From: Eledone cirrhosa
Taxonomy: Eukaryota
NCBI GenBank assembly: GCA_964016885.1
Contig: OZ024744.1
Span: 105,214,001-105,278,000, forward strand
DNA: 64,000 nt
Direction of reading: 5' to 3'
Position numbers and translations under genes: made by a program. Positions 37,862 through 51,000 of the stretch are shown here, piece by piece (within the stretch, counting starts at the first letter, position 1; each line of letters starts with the position of its first letter). The notes under the pieces were generated by a model, which ran no database searches, was not told the origin of the DNA, and saw nothing but the letters and a program-made list of their open reading frames with translations.

Positions 37862-39968
37862 TGACTAGTCTGTGTCTACGGTTGTATGCCATCTATGACT
37901 AGTCTGTGTGTACGGTTGTATGCCGTCTATGACTAGTCTGTGTCTACGGTTGTATGCCGTCTATGACTAGTCTGTGTCTACAGTTGTATGCCGTTTATGA
38001 CTAGTCTGTGTGTACGGTTATATGCCGTCTATGACTAGTCTGTGTCTACAGTTGTATGCCGTCTATGACTAGTCTGTGTCTACAGTTGTATGCCGTCTAT
38101 GACTAGTCTGTGTCTACAGTTGTATACCGTCTATGACTTGTCTATGTCTACAGTTGTATGCCGTCTATGACTAGTCTGTGTCTACGGTTGTATGCCGTCT
38201 ATAACTAGTCTGTGTCTACGGTTGTATGCCGTCAATGACTAGACTGTGTCTACAGTTGTATGCCATCTATGACTAGTCTGTGTCTACTGCTGTATGCAGT
38301 CTATGACTAGTCTGTGTCTACGGTTGTATGCAGGCTATGACTAGTCATTGTCTACGGTTGTATGCAGGTTATGACTAGTCTGTGTCTACGGTTGTATGCC
38401 GTCTATGACTAGTCTGTGTCTACAGTTGTATGCCGTCTATGACTAGTCTGTGTCTTCGGTTGTATGCCGTCTATGACTAGTCTGTGTGTACGGTTGTATT
38501 CCGTCTATGACTAGTCTGTGTCTACGGTTTATGCCGTCTATGACTAGTCTGTGTCTACGGTTGTATGCCATCTATGACTAGTCTGTGTGTACGGTTGTAT
38601 GCCGTCTATGACTAGTCTGTGTCTACGGTTGTATGCCGTCTATGACTAGTCTGTGTCTACGGTTGTATGCCGTCTATGACTAGTCTGTGTCTACGGTTGT
38701 ATGCCGTCTATGACTAGAATGTGTCTACGGCTGTATGCCATCTATGACTAGTGTGTGTGTAATGTTGTATGCCGTCTATGACTAGTCTGTGTCTACGCTT
38801 GTATGCCGTCTATGACTAGTCTGTGTGTACGGTTGTATGCCGTCTATGACTAGTCTGTGTCTACGGTTGTATGCCGTCTATGACTAGTCTGTGTCTACGG
38901 TTGTATGCCCTCTTTGACTAGTCTGTGTCTACGGTTGTATGCCGTCTATGACTAGTCTGTGTCTACTGTTGTATGCAGTCTATGACTAGTCTGTGTCTAC
39001 GGTTATATCCCGTCTATGACTAGTCTGTGGGTACGATTGTATGCTGTCTATGACTAGTCTGTGTCTACGGTTGTATGCCGTCTATGACTAGTCTGTGTCT
39101 ACGGTTGTATGCCGTCTATGACTAGTCTGTGTCTACGGTTGTATGCCGTCTATGACTAGTCTGAGTCTACGGTTGTATGCAGTCTATGGCTAGACTGTGT
39201 CTACGGTTGTATGCCGTCTATGACTAGTCTGTGTCTACGGTTGTATGCCGTCTATGACTAGTGTGTGTCTACAGTTGTATGCCGTCTATGACTAGTCTGT
39301 GTCTACAGTTGTATGCCGTCTATGACTAGTCTGTGTCAACGGTTGTATGCCGTCTATGACTAGTCTGTGTGTACGGTTGTATGCCGTCTATGACTAGTCT
39401 GTGTCTACGGTTGTATGCCGTCTATGACTAGTCTGTGTGTACGGTTGTATGCAGTCTATGACTAGTCTGTGTCTACTGTTGTATGCCGTCTGTGACTAGT
39501 CTGTGTGTACGGTTGTATGCAGTCTATGACTAGTCTGTGTCTACAGTTGTATGCCGTCTATGGCTAGTCTGTGTGTACGGTTGTATGCCGTCTAAGACTA
39601 GTCTGTGTCTACAGTTGAATGCCGTCGATGACTAGTCTGTGTCTACAGTTGTATGCCGTCTATGACTAGTCTGTGTGTACGGTTGTATGCCGTCTATGAC
39701 TAGTCTGTGTCTGCAGTTGTATGCCGTCTATGACTAGTTTGTGTCTACGGTTGTATGCAGTCTATGACTAGTCTGTGTCTACGGTTGTATGCCGTCTATG
39801 ACTAGTCTGTGTCTACAGTTGTATGCCGTCTATGACTAGTCTGTGTCTTCGGTTGTATGCCGTCTATGACTAGTCTGTCTACGGTTGTATGCCGTCTATG
39901 ACTAGTCTGTGTCTACAGTTGTATGCCGTCTATGACTAGTCTGTGTCTACGGTTGTATGCCGTCTATG

Positions 39969-42900
39969 ACTATTCTGTGTCTATGGTTGAATGCCGTCTA
40001 TGACTAGTCTGTGTCTACGGTTGTATGCCGTCTATGATTAGTCTGATCCACGGTTGTATGCCGTCTATGACTAGTCTGATCCACGGTTGTATGCCGTCTA
40101 TGACTAGTCTGTGTCTTCAGTTGTATGCCGTTTATGACTAGTCTGTGTGTACGGTTGTATGCCGTCTATGACTAGTCTGTGTCTACGGTTGTATGCCGTC
40201 TATGACTAGTCTGTGTCTACGGTTGTATGCCGTCTATGACTAGTTTGTGTCTACGGTTGTATGCAGTCTATGACTAGTCTGTGTGTTCGGTTGTATGCCG
40301 TCTATGACTAGTCTGAGTCTACGGTTGTATGCAGTCTATGACTAGTCTGTGTCTACAGTTGTATGCCGTTTATGACTAGTCTGTGTGTACGGTTGTATGC
40401 CGTCTATGACTAGTCTGTGTCTACAGTTGTATGCCGTCTATGACTAGTCTGTGTCTACAGTTGTATACCGTCTATGACTTGTCTATGTCTACAGTTGTAT
40501 GCCGTCTATGACTAGTCTATGTCTACGGTTGTATGCTGTCTATGACTAGTCTGTGTCTACGGTTGTATGCCGTCTATGACTAGTCTGTGTCTACGGTTGT
40601 ATGCCGTCTATGACTAGTCTGTGTCTACGGTTGTATGCCGTCTATGACTAGTCTGAGTCTACGGTTGTATGCAGTCTATGACTAGTCTGTGTCTACGGTT
40701 GTATGCCGTCTATGACTAGTCTGTGTCTACGGTTGTATGCCGTCTATGACTAGTGTGTGTCTACAGTTGTATGCCGTCTATGACTAGTCTGTGTCTACAG
40801 TTGTATGCCGTCTATGACTAGTCTGTGTCAACGGTTGTATGCCGTCTATGACTAGTCTGTGTGTACGGTTGTATGCCGTCTATGACTAGTCTGTGTGTAC
40901 GGTTGTATGCAGTCTATGACTAGTCTGTGTCTACTGTTGTATGCCGTCTATGACTAGTCTGTGTGTACGGTTGTATGCAGTCTATGACTAGTCTGTGTCT
41001 ACGGTTGTATGCCGTCTATGGCTAGTCTGTGTCTACGGTTGTATGCCGTCTATGACTAGTCTGTGTCTACAGTTGTATGCCGTCGATGACTAGTCTGTGT
41101 GTACGGTTGTATGCCGTCTATGACTAGTCTGTGTCTGCAGTTGTATGCCGTCTATGACTAGTTTGTGTCTACGGTTGTATGCAGTCTATGACTAGTCTGT
41201 GTCTACGGTTTTATGCCGTCTATGACTAGTCTGTGTCTACAGTTGTAAGCCGTCTATGACTAGTCTGTGTCTTCGGTTGTATGCCGTCTATGACTAGTCT
41301 GTCTACGGTTGTATGCCGTCTATGACTAGTCTGTGTCTACAGTTGTATGCCGTCTATGACTAGTCTGTGTCTACGGTTGTATGCCGTCTATGACTATTCT
41401 GTGTCTATGGTTGAATGCCGTCTATGACTAGTCTGTGTCTACGGTTGTATGCCGTCTATGATTAGTCTGATCCACGGTTGTATGCCGTCTATGACTAGTC
41501 TGATCCACGGTTGTATGCCGTCTATGACTAGTCTGTGTCTTCAGTTGTATGCCGTTTATGACTAGTCTGTGTGTACGGTTGTATGCCGTCTATGACTAGT
41601 CTGTGTCTACGGTTGTATGCCGTCTATGACTAGTCTGTGTCTACGGTTGTATGCCGTCTATGACTAGTCTGTGTCTACGGTTGTATGCAGTCTATGACTA
41701 GTCTGTGTGTTCGGTTGTATGCCGTCTATGACTAGTCTGAGTCTACGGTTGTATGCAGTCTATGACTAGTCTGTGTCTACAGTTGTATGCCGTTTATGAC
41801 TAGTCTGTGTGTACGGTTGTATGCCGTCTATGACTAGTCTGTGTCTACAGTTGTATGCCGTCTATGACTAGTCTGTGTCTACAGTTGTATACCGTCTATG
41901 ACTTGTCTATGTCTACAGTTGTATGCCGTCTATGACTAGTCTGTGTCTACGGTTGTATGCCGTCTATGACTAGTCTGTGTCTACGGTTTTATGCCGTCTA
42001 TGACTAGTCTGTGTCTACAGTTGTATACCGTCTATGACTTGTCTATGTCTACAGTTGTATGCCGTCTATGACTAGTCTGTGTCTACGGTTGTATGCTGTC
42101 TATGACTAGTCTGTGTCTACTGCTGTATGCAGTCTATGACTAAACTGTGTCTACGGTTGTATGCAGGCTATGACTAGTCTGTGTCTACCGTTGTATGCCG
42201 TCTATGACTAGTCTGTTTGTACGGTTGTATGCCGTCTATGACTAGTCTGTGTGTACGGTTGTATGCCGTCTATGACTAGTCTGTGTCTACGGTTGTATGC
42301 CGTCTATGACTAGTCTGATCCACGGTTGTATGCCGTCTATGACTAGTCTGTGTCTACGGTTGTATGCAGTCTATGACTAGTCAGTGTCTACGGTTGTATG
42401 GCGTCTATGACTAGTGTGTGTCTACGGTTGTATGCCATCTATGACTAGTCTGTGTCTACAGTTGTATGCCATCTATGACTAGTCTGTGTCAACAGTTGTA
42501 TACTGTCTATGACTAGTCTGTGTCTACGGTTGTATGCCGTCTATGACTAGTCTGTCTGTACGGTTGTATGCCATATATGACTAGTCTGTGTGTAATGTTG
42601 TATGCCGTCTATGACTAGTCTTTGTCTACGCTTGTATGCCGTCTATGACTAGTCTGTGTGTACGGTTGTATGCCGTCTATGACTAGTCTGTGTCTACGGT
42701 TGTATGCCGTCTATGACTAGTCTGTGTCTACGGTTGTATGCCCTCTTTGACTAGTCTGTGTCTACGGTTGTATACCGTCTATGACTAGTCTGTGTCTACT
42801 GTTGTATGCAGTCTATGACTAGTCTGTGTCTACGGTTGTATGTCGTCTATGACTAGTCTGTGTCTACGGTTGTATGCTGTCTATGACTAGTCTGTGTCTA

Positions 42901-45900
42901 GGGTTGTATGCCGTCTATGACTAGTCTGTGTCTACGGTTGTATGCCGTCTATGACTAGTCTGAGTCTACGGTTGTATGGCGTCTATGACTAGTCTGTGTC
43001 TACGGTTGTATGCCGTCTATGACTAGTCTGTGTCTACAGTTGTATGCCGTCTATGACTAGTCTGTGTCTACGGTTGTATGCCGTCTATGACTAGTCTGTG
43101 TCTAGGGTTGTATGCCGTCTATGACTAGTCTGTGTCTACGGTTGTATGCCGTCTATGACTAATCTGTGTGTACAGTTGTATGCAGTCTATGACTAGTCTG
43201 TGTCTACTGTTGTATGCCGTCTATGACAAGTCTGTGTGTACGGTGGTATGCAGTCTATGACTAGTCTGTGTCTACGGTTGTATGCCGTCTATGACTAGTC
43301 TGTGTGTACGGTTGTATGCAGTCTATGACTAGTCTGTGTCTACGGTTGTATGCCGTCTATGACTAGTCTGTGTCTACAGTTGTGTGCCATCTATGACTAG
43401 TCTGTGTGTACGGTTGTATGCAGTATATGACTAGTCTGTGTCTACAGTTGTATGCCGTCTATGACTAGCCTGAGTCTACGGTTGTATGCAGTCTATGACT
43501 AGTCTGTGTGTACGGTTGTATGCCGTCTATGACTAGTCTACGGCTGTATGCCGTCTATGACTAGTCTGTGTCTACGGTTGTATGCCGTCTATGACTAGTC
43601 TGTGTCTACAGTTGTATGCCGTCTATGACTAGTTTGTGTCTACGGTTGTATACCGTCTATGACTAGTCTGTGTCTACGGTTGTATGCAGTCTATGACTAG
43701 TCTGTGTCTACTGTTGTATGCCGTCTATGACTAGTCTGTGTCTACGGTTGTATGCCGTCTATGACTAGTCTGTGTCTACAGTTGTATGCCGTCTATGACT
43801 AGTCTGTGTCTTCGGTTGTATGCCGTCTATGACTAGTCTGTGTCTACGGTTGTATGCCGTCTATGACTAGTCTGTGTCTACGTTTGTATGCCGTCTATGA
43901 CTAGTCTGTGTCTACGGTTGTATGCCGTCTATGACTAGTCTGTGTCTACGGTTGTATGCCATCTATGACTAGTCTGTGTGTACGGTTGTATGCCGTCTAT
44001 GACTAGTCTGTGTCTACGGTTGTATGCCGTCTATAACTAGTCTGTGTCTACAGTTGTATGCCGTTTATGACTAGTCTGTGTGTACGGTTATATGCCGTCT
44101 ATGACTAGTCTGTGTCTACAGTTGTATGCCGTCTATGACTAGTCTGTGTCTACAGTTGTATGCCGTCTATGACTAGTCTGTGTCTACAGTTGTATACCGT
44201 CTATGACTTGTCTATGTCTACAGTTGTATGCCGTCTATGACTAGTCTGTGTCTACGGTTGTATGCCGTCTATGACTAGTCTGTGTCTACGGTTGTATGCC
44301 GTCAATGACTAGACTGTGTCTACAGTTGTATGCCATCTATGACTAGTCTGTGTCTACTGCTGTATGCAGTCTATGACTAGTCTGTGTCTACGGTTGTATG
44401 CAGGCTATGACTAGTCATTGTCTACGGTTGTATGCAGGTTATGACTAGTCTGTGTCTACGGTTGTATACCGTCTATGACTAGTCTGTGTCTACAGTTGTA
44501 TGCCGTCTATGACTAGTCTGTGTCTTCGGTTGTATGCCGTCTATGACTAGTCTGTGTGTACGGTTGTATTCCGTCTATGACTAGTCTGTGTCTACGGTTT
44601 ATGCCGTCTATGACTAGTCTGTGTCTACGGTTGTATGCCATCTATGACTAGTCTGTGTGTACGGTTGTATGCCGTCTATGACTAGTCTGTGTCTACGGTT
44701 GTATGCCGTCTATGACTAGTCTGTGTCTACGGTTGTATGCCGTCTATGACTAGTCTGTGTCTACGGTTGTATGCCGTCTATGACTAGAATGTGTCTACGG
44801 CTGTATGCCATCTATGACTAGTGTGTGTGTAATGTTGTATGCCGTCTATGACTAGTCTGTGTCTACGCTTGTATGCCGTCTATGACTAGTCTGTGTGTAC
44901 GGTTGTATGCCGTCTATGACTAGTCTGTGTCTACGGTTGTATGCCGTCTATGACTAGTCTGTGTCTACGGTTGTATGCCCTCTTTGACTAGTCTGTGTCT
45001 ACGGTTGTATGCCGTCTATGACTAGTCTGTGTCTACTGTTGTATGCAGTCTATGACTAGTCTGTGTCTACGGTTATATCCCGTCTATGACTAGTCTGTGT
45101 CTACGGTTGTATGCTGTCTATGACTAGTCTGTGTCTACGGTTGTATGCCGTCTATGACTAGTCTGTGTCTACGGTTGTATGCCGTCTATGACTAGTCTGT
45201 GTCTACGGTTGTATGCCGTCTATGACTAGTCTGAGTCTACGGTTGTATGCAGTCTATGGCTAGTCTGTGTCTACGGTTGTATGCCGTCTATGACTAGTCT
45301 GTGTCTACGGTTGTATGCCGTCTATGACTAGTGTGTGTCTACAGTTGTATGCCGTCTATGACTAGTCTGTGTCTACAGTTGTATGCCGTCTATGACTAGT
45401 CTGTGTCAACGGTTGTATGCCGTCTATGACTAGTCTGTGTGTACGGTTGTATGCCGTCTATGACTAGTCTGTGTCTACGGTTGTATGCCGTCTATGACTA
45501 GTCTGTGTGTACGGTTGTATGCAGTCTATGACTAGTCTGTGTCTACTGTTGTATGCCGTCTGTGACTAGTCTGTGTGTACGGTTGTATGCAGTCTATGAC
45601 TAGTCTGTGTCTACGGTTGTATGCCGTCTATGGCTAGTCTGTGTGTACGGTTGTATGCCGTCTAAGACTAGTCTGTGTCTACAGTTGAATGCCGTCGATG
45701 ACTATTCTGTGTCTACAGTTGTATGCCGTCTATGACTTGTCTGTGTGTACGGTTGTATGCCGTCTATGACTAGTCTGTGTCTGCAGTTGTATGCCGTCTA
45801 TGACTAGTTTGTGTCTACGGTTGTATGCAGTCTATGACTAGTCTGTGTCTACGGTTGTATGCCGTCTATGACTAGTCTGTGTCTACAGTTGTATGCCGTC

Positions 45901-46038
45901 TATGACTAGTCTGTGTCTTCGGTTGTATGCCGTCTATGACTAGTCTGTCTACGGTTGTATGCCGTCTATGACTAGTCTGTGTCTACAGTTGTATGTCGTC
46001 TATGACTAGTCTGTGTCTACGGTTGTATGCCGTCTATG
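39969..46038. repeat. ~6 kb higher-order repeat unit (179 monomers, 6,070 bp)
   Basis: Spacing of the equivalent ACTATT marker 39969 to 46039 is 6,070 = 179x34 - 16. The same marker order occurs at 43-5500 and 48071-54106. Confidence 0.85.
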
Positions 46039-48070
46039 ACTATTCTGTGTCTATGGTTGAATGCCGTCTATGACTAGTCTGTGTCTACGGTTGTATGCCG
46101 TCTATGATTAGTCTGATCCACGGTTGTATGCCGTCTATGACTAGTCTGATCCACGGTTGTATGCCGTCTATGACTAGTCTGTGTCTTCAGTTGTATGCCG
46201 TTTATGACTAGTCTGTGTGTACGGTTGTATGCCGTCTATGACTAGTCTGTGTCTACGGTTGTATGCCGTCTATGACTAGTCTGTGTCTACGGTTGTATGC
46301 CGTCTATGACTAGTTTGTGTCTACGGTTGTATGCAGTCTATGACTAGTCTGTGTGTTCGGTTGTATGCCGTCTATGACTAGTCTGAGTCTACGGTTGTAT
46401 GCAGTCTATGACTAGTCTGTGTCTACAGTTGTATGCCGTTTATGACTAGTCTGTGTGTACGGTTGTATGCCGTCTATGACTAGTCTGTGTCTACAGTTGT
46501 ATGCCGTCTATGACTAGTCTGTGTCTACAGTTGTATACCGTCTATGACTTGTCTATGTCTACAGTTGTATGCCGTCTATGACTAGTCTATGTCTACGGTT
46601 GTATGCTGTCTATGACTAGTCTGTGTCTACGGTTGTATGCCGTCTATGACTAGTCTGTGTCTACGGTTGTATGCCGTCTATGACTAGTCTGTGTCTACGG
46701 TTGTATGCCGTCTATGACTAGTCTGAGTCTACGGTTGTATGCAGTCTATGACTAGTCTGTGTCTACGGTTGTATGCCGTCTATGACTAGTCTGTGTCTAC
46801 GGTTGTATGCCGTCTATGACTAGTGTGTGTCTACAGTTGTATGCCGTCTATGACTAGTCTGTGTCTACAGTTGTATGCCGTCTATGACTAGTCTGTGTCA
46901 ACGGTTGTATGCCGTCTATGACTAGTCTGTGTGTACGGTTGTATGCCGTCTATGACTAGTCTGTGTGTACGGTTGTATGCAGTCTATGACTAGTCTGTGT
47001 CTACTGTTGTATGCCGTCTATGACTAGTCTGTGTGTACGGTTGTATGCAGTCTATGACTAGTCTGTGTCTACGGTTGTATGCCGTCTATGGCTAGTCTGT
47101 GTGTACGGTTGTATGCCGTCTATGACTAGTCTGTGTCTACAGTTGTATGCCGTCCATGACTAGTCTTTGTGTACGGTTGTATGCCGTCTATGACTAGTCT
47201 GTGTCTGCAGTTGTATGCCGTCTATGACTAGTTTGTGTCTACGGTTGTATGCAGTCTATGACTAGTCTGTGTCTACGGTTTTATGCCATCTATGACTAGT
47301 CTGTGTCTACAGTTGTAAGCCGTCTATGACTAGTCTGTGTCTTCGGTTGTATGCCGTCTATGACTAGTCTGTCTACGGTTGTATGCCGTCTATGACTAGT
47401 CTGTGTCTACAGTTGTATGCCGTCTATGACTAGTCTGTGTCTACGGTTGTATGCCGTCTATGACTATTCTGTGTCTATGGTTGAATGCCGTCTATGACTA
47501 GTCTGTGTCTACGGTTGTATGCCGTCTATGATTAGTCTGATCCACGGTTGTATGCCGTCTATGACTAGTCTGATCCACGGTTGTATGCCGTCTATGACTA
47601 GTCTGTGTCTTCAGTTGTATGCCGTTTATGACTAGTCTGTGTGTACGGTTGTATGCCGTCTATGACTAGTCTGTGTCTACGGTTGTATGCCGTCTATGAC
47701 TAGTCTGTGTCTACGGTTGTATGCCGTCTATGACTAGTCTGTGTCTACGGTTGTATGCAGTCTATGACTAGTCTGTGTGTTCGGTTGTATGCCGTCTATG
47801 ACTAGTCTGTGTCTGCAGTTGTATGCCGTCTATGACTAGTCTGTGTGTACGGTTGTATGCCGTCTATGACTAGTCTGTGTCTACGGTTGTATGCCGTCTA
47901 TGACTAGTCTGTGTCTACAGTTGTATGCCGTCTATGACTAGTCTGTGTCTTCGGTTGTATGCCGTCTATGATTAGTCTGTCTACGGTTGTATGCCGTCTA
48001 TGACTAGTCTGTGTCTACAGTTGTATGTCGTCTATGACTAGTCTGTGTCTACGGTTGTATGCCGTCTATG

Positions 48071-51000
48071 ACTATTCTGTGTCTATGGTTGAATGCCGTC
48101 TATGACTAGTCTGTGTCTACGGTTGTATGCCGTCTATGATTAGTCTGATCCACGGTTGTATGCCGTCTATGACTAGTCTGATCCACGGTTGTATGCCGTC
48201 TATGACTAGTCTGTGTCTTCAGTTGTATGCCGTTTATGACTAGTCTGTGTGTACGGTTGTATGCCGTCTATGACTAGTCTGTGTCTACGGTTGTATGCCG
48301 TCTATGACTAGTCTGTGTCTACGGTTGTATGCCGTCTATGACTAGTTTGTGTCTACGGTTGTATGCAGTCTATGACTAGTCTGTGTGTTCGGTTGTATGC
48401 CGTCTATGACTAGTCTGAGTCTACGGTTGTATGCAGTCTATGACTAGTCTGTGTCTACAGTTGTATGCCGTTTATGACTAGTCTGTGTGTACGGTTGTAT
48501 GCCGTCTATGACTAGTCTGTGTCTACAGTTGTATGCCGTCTATGACTAGTCTGTGTCTACAGTTGTATACCGTCTATGACTTGTCTATGTCTACAGTTGT
48601 ATGCCGTCTATGACTAGTCTATGTCTACGGTTGTATGCTGTCTATGACTAGTCTGTGTCTACGGTTGTATGCCGTCTATGACTAGTCTGTGTCTACGGTT
48701 GTATGCCGTCTATGACTAGTCTGTGTCTACGGTTGTATGCCGTCTATGACTAGTCTGAGTCTACGGTTGTATGCAGTCTATGACTAGTCTGTGTCTACGG
48801 TTGTATGCCGTCTATGACTAGTCTGTGTCTACGGTTGTATGCCGTCTATGACTAGTGTGTGTCTACAGTTGTATGCCGTCTATGACTAGTCTGTGTCTAC
48901 AGTTGTATGCCGTCTATGACTAGTCTGTGTCAACGGTTGTATGCCGTCTATGACTAGTCTGTGTGTACGGTTGTATGCCGTCTATGACTAGTCTGTGTGT
49001 ACGGTTGTATGCAGTCTATGACTAGTCTGTGTCTACTGTTGTATGCCGTCTATGACTAGTCTGTGTGTACGGTTGTATGCCGTCTATGACTAGTCTGTGT
49101 CTACGGTTGTATGCCGTCTATGGCTAGTCTGTGTCTACGGTTGTATGCCGTCTATGACTAGTCTGTGTCTACAGTTGTATGACGTCGATGACTAGTCTGT
49201 GTGTACGGTTGTATGCCGTCTATGACTAGTCTGTGTCTGCAGTTGTATGCCGTCTATGACTAGTTTGTGTCTACGGTTGTATGCAGTCTATGACTAGTCT
49301 GTGTCTACGGTTTTATGCCGTCTATGACTAGTCTGTGTCTACAGTTGTAAGCCGTCTATGACTAGTCTGTGTCTTCGGTTGTATGCCGTCTATGACTAGT
49401 CTGTCTACGGTTGTATGCCGTCTATGACTAGTCTGTGTCTACAGTTGTATGCCGTCTATGACTAGTCTGTGTCTACGGTTGTATGCCGTCTATGACTATT
49501 CTGTGTCTATGGTTGAATGCCGTCTATGACTAGTCTGTGTCTACGGTTGTATGCCGTCTATGATTAGTCTGATCCACGGTTGTATGCCGTCTATGACTAG
49601 TCAGATCCACGGTTGTATGCCGTCTATGACTAGTCTGTGTCTTCAGTTGTATGCCGTTTATGACTAGTCTGTGTGTACGGTTGTATGCCGTCTATGACTA
49701 GTCTGTGTCTACGGTTGTATGCCGTCTATGACTAGTCTGTGTCTACGGTTGTATGCCGTCTATGACTAGTCTGTGTCTACGGTTGTATGCAGTCTATGAC
49801 TAGTCTGTGTGTTCGGTTGTATGCCGTCTATGACTAGTCTGAGTCTACGGTTGTATGCAGTCTATGACTAGTCTGTGTCTACAGTTGTATGCCGTTTATG
49901 ACTAGTCTGTGTGTACGGTTGTATGCCGTCTATGACTAGTCTGTGTCTACAGTTGTATGCCGTCTATGACTAGTCTGTGTCTACAGTTGTATACCGTCTA
50001 TGACTTGTCTATGTCTACAGTTGTATGCCGTCTATGACTAGTCTGTGTCTACGGTTGTATGCCGTCTATGACTAGTCTGTGTCTACGGTTTTATGCCGTC
50101 TATGACTAGTCTGTGTCTACGGTTGTATGCTGTCTATGACTAGTCTGTGTCTACTGCTGTATGCAGTCTATGACTAAACTGTGTCTACGGTTGTATGCAG
50201 GCTATGACTAGTCTGTGTCTACCGTTGTATGCCGTCTATGACTAGTCTGTTTGTACGGTTGTATGCCGTCTATGACTAGTCTGTGTGTACGGTTGTATGC
50301 CGTCTATGACTAGTCTGTGTCTACGGTTGTATGCCGTCTATGACTAGTCTGATCCACGGTTGTATGCCGTCTATGACTAGTCTGTGTCTACGGTTGTATG
50401 CAGTCTATGACTAGTCAGTGTCTACGGTTGTATGGCGTCTATGACTACTGTGTGTCTACGGTTGTATGCCATCTATGACTAGTCTGTGTCTACAGTTGTA
50501 TGCCATCTATGACTAGTCTGTGTCAACAGTTGTATACTGTCTATGACTAGTCTGTGTCTACGGTTGTATGCCGTCTATGACTAGTCTGTCTGTACGGTTG
50601 TATGCCATATATGACTAGTCTGTGTGTAATGTTGTATGCCGTCTATGACTAGTCTGTGTCTACGCTTGTATGCCGTCTATGACTAGTCTGTGTGTACGGT
50701 TGTATGCCGTCTATGACTAGTCTGTGTCTACGGTTGTATGCCGTCTATGACTAGTCTGTGTCTACGGTTGTATGCCCTCTTTGACTAGTCTGTGTCTACG
50801 GTTGTATACCGTCTATGACTAGTCTGTGTCTACTGTTGTATGCAGTCTATGACTAGTCTGTGTCTACGGTTGTATGTCGTCTATGACTAGTCTGTGTCTA
50901 CGGTTGTATGCTGTCTATGACTAGTCTGTGTCTAGGGTTGTATGCCGTCTATGACTAGTCTGTGTCTACGGTTGTATGCCGTCTATGACTAGTCTGAGTC

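Larger units (their letters stand above)
25262..40535. repeat. Apparently near-identical tandem duplication, period 7,637 bp (25262-32898 and 32899-40535)
   Basis: Constant 7,637 offset for CCCTCTTT 25262/32899, ACTATT 26289/33926, 27613/35250 and 32332/39969, and the private marker TGGGTACGATT 31391/39028. Confidence 0.9.
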
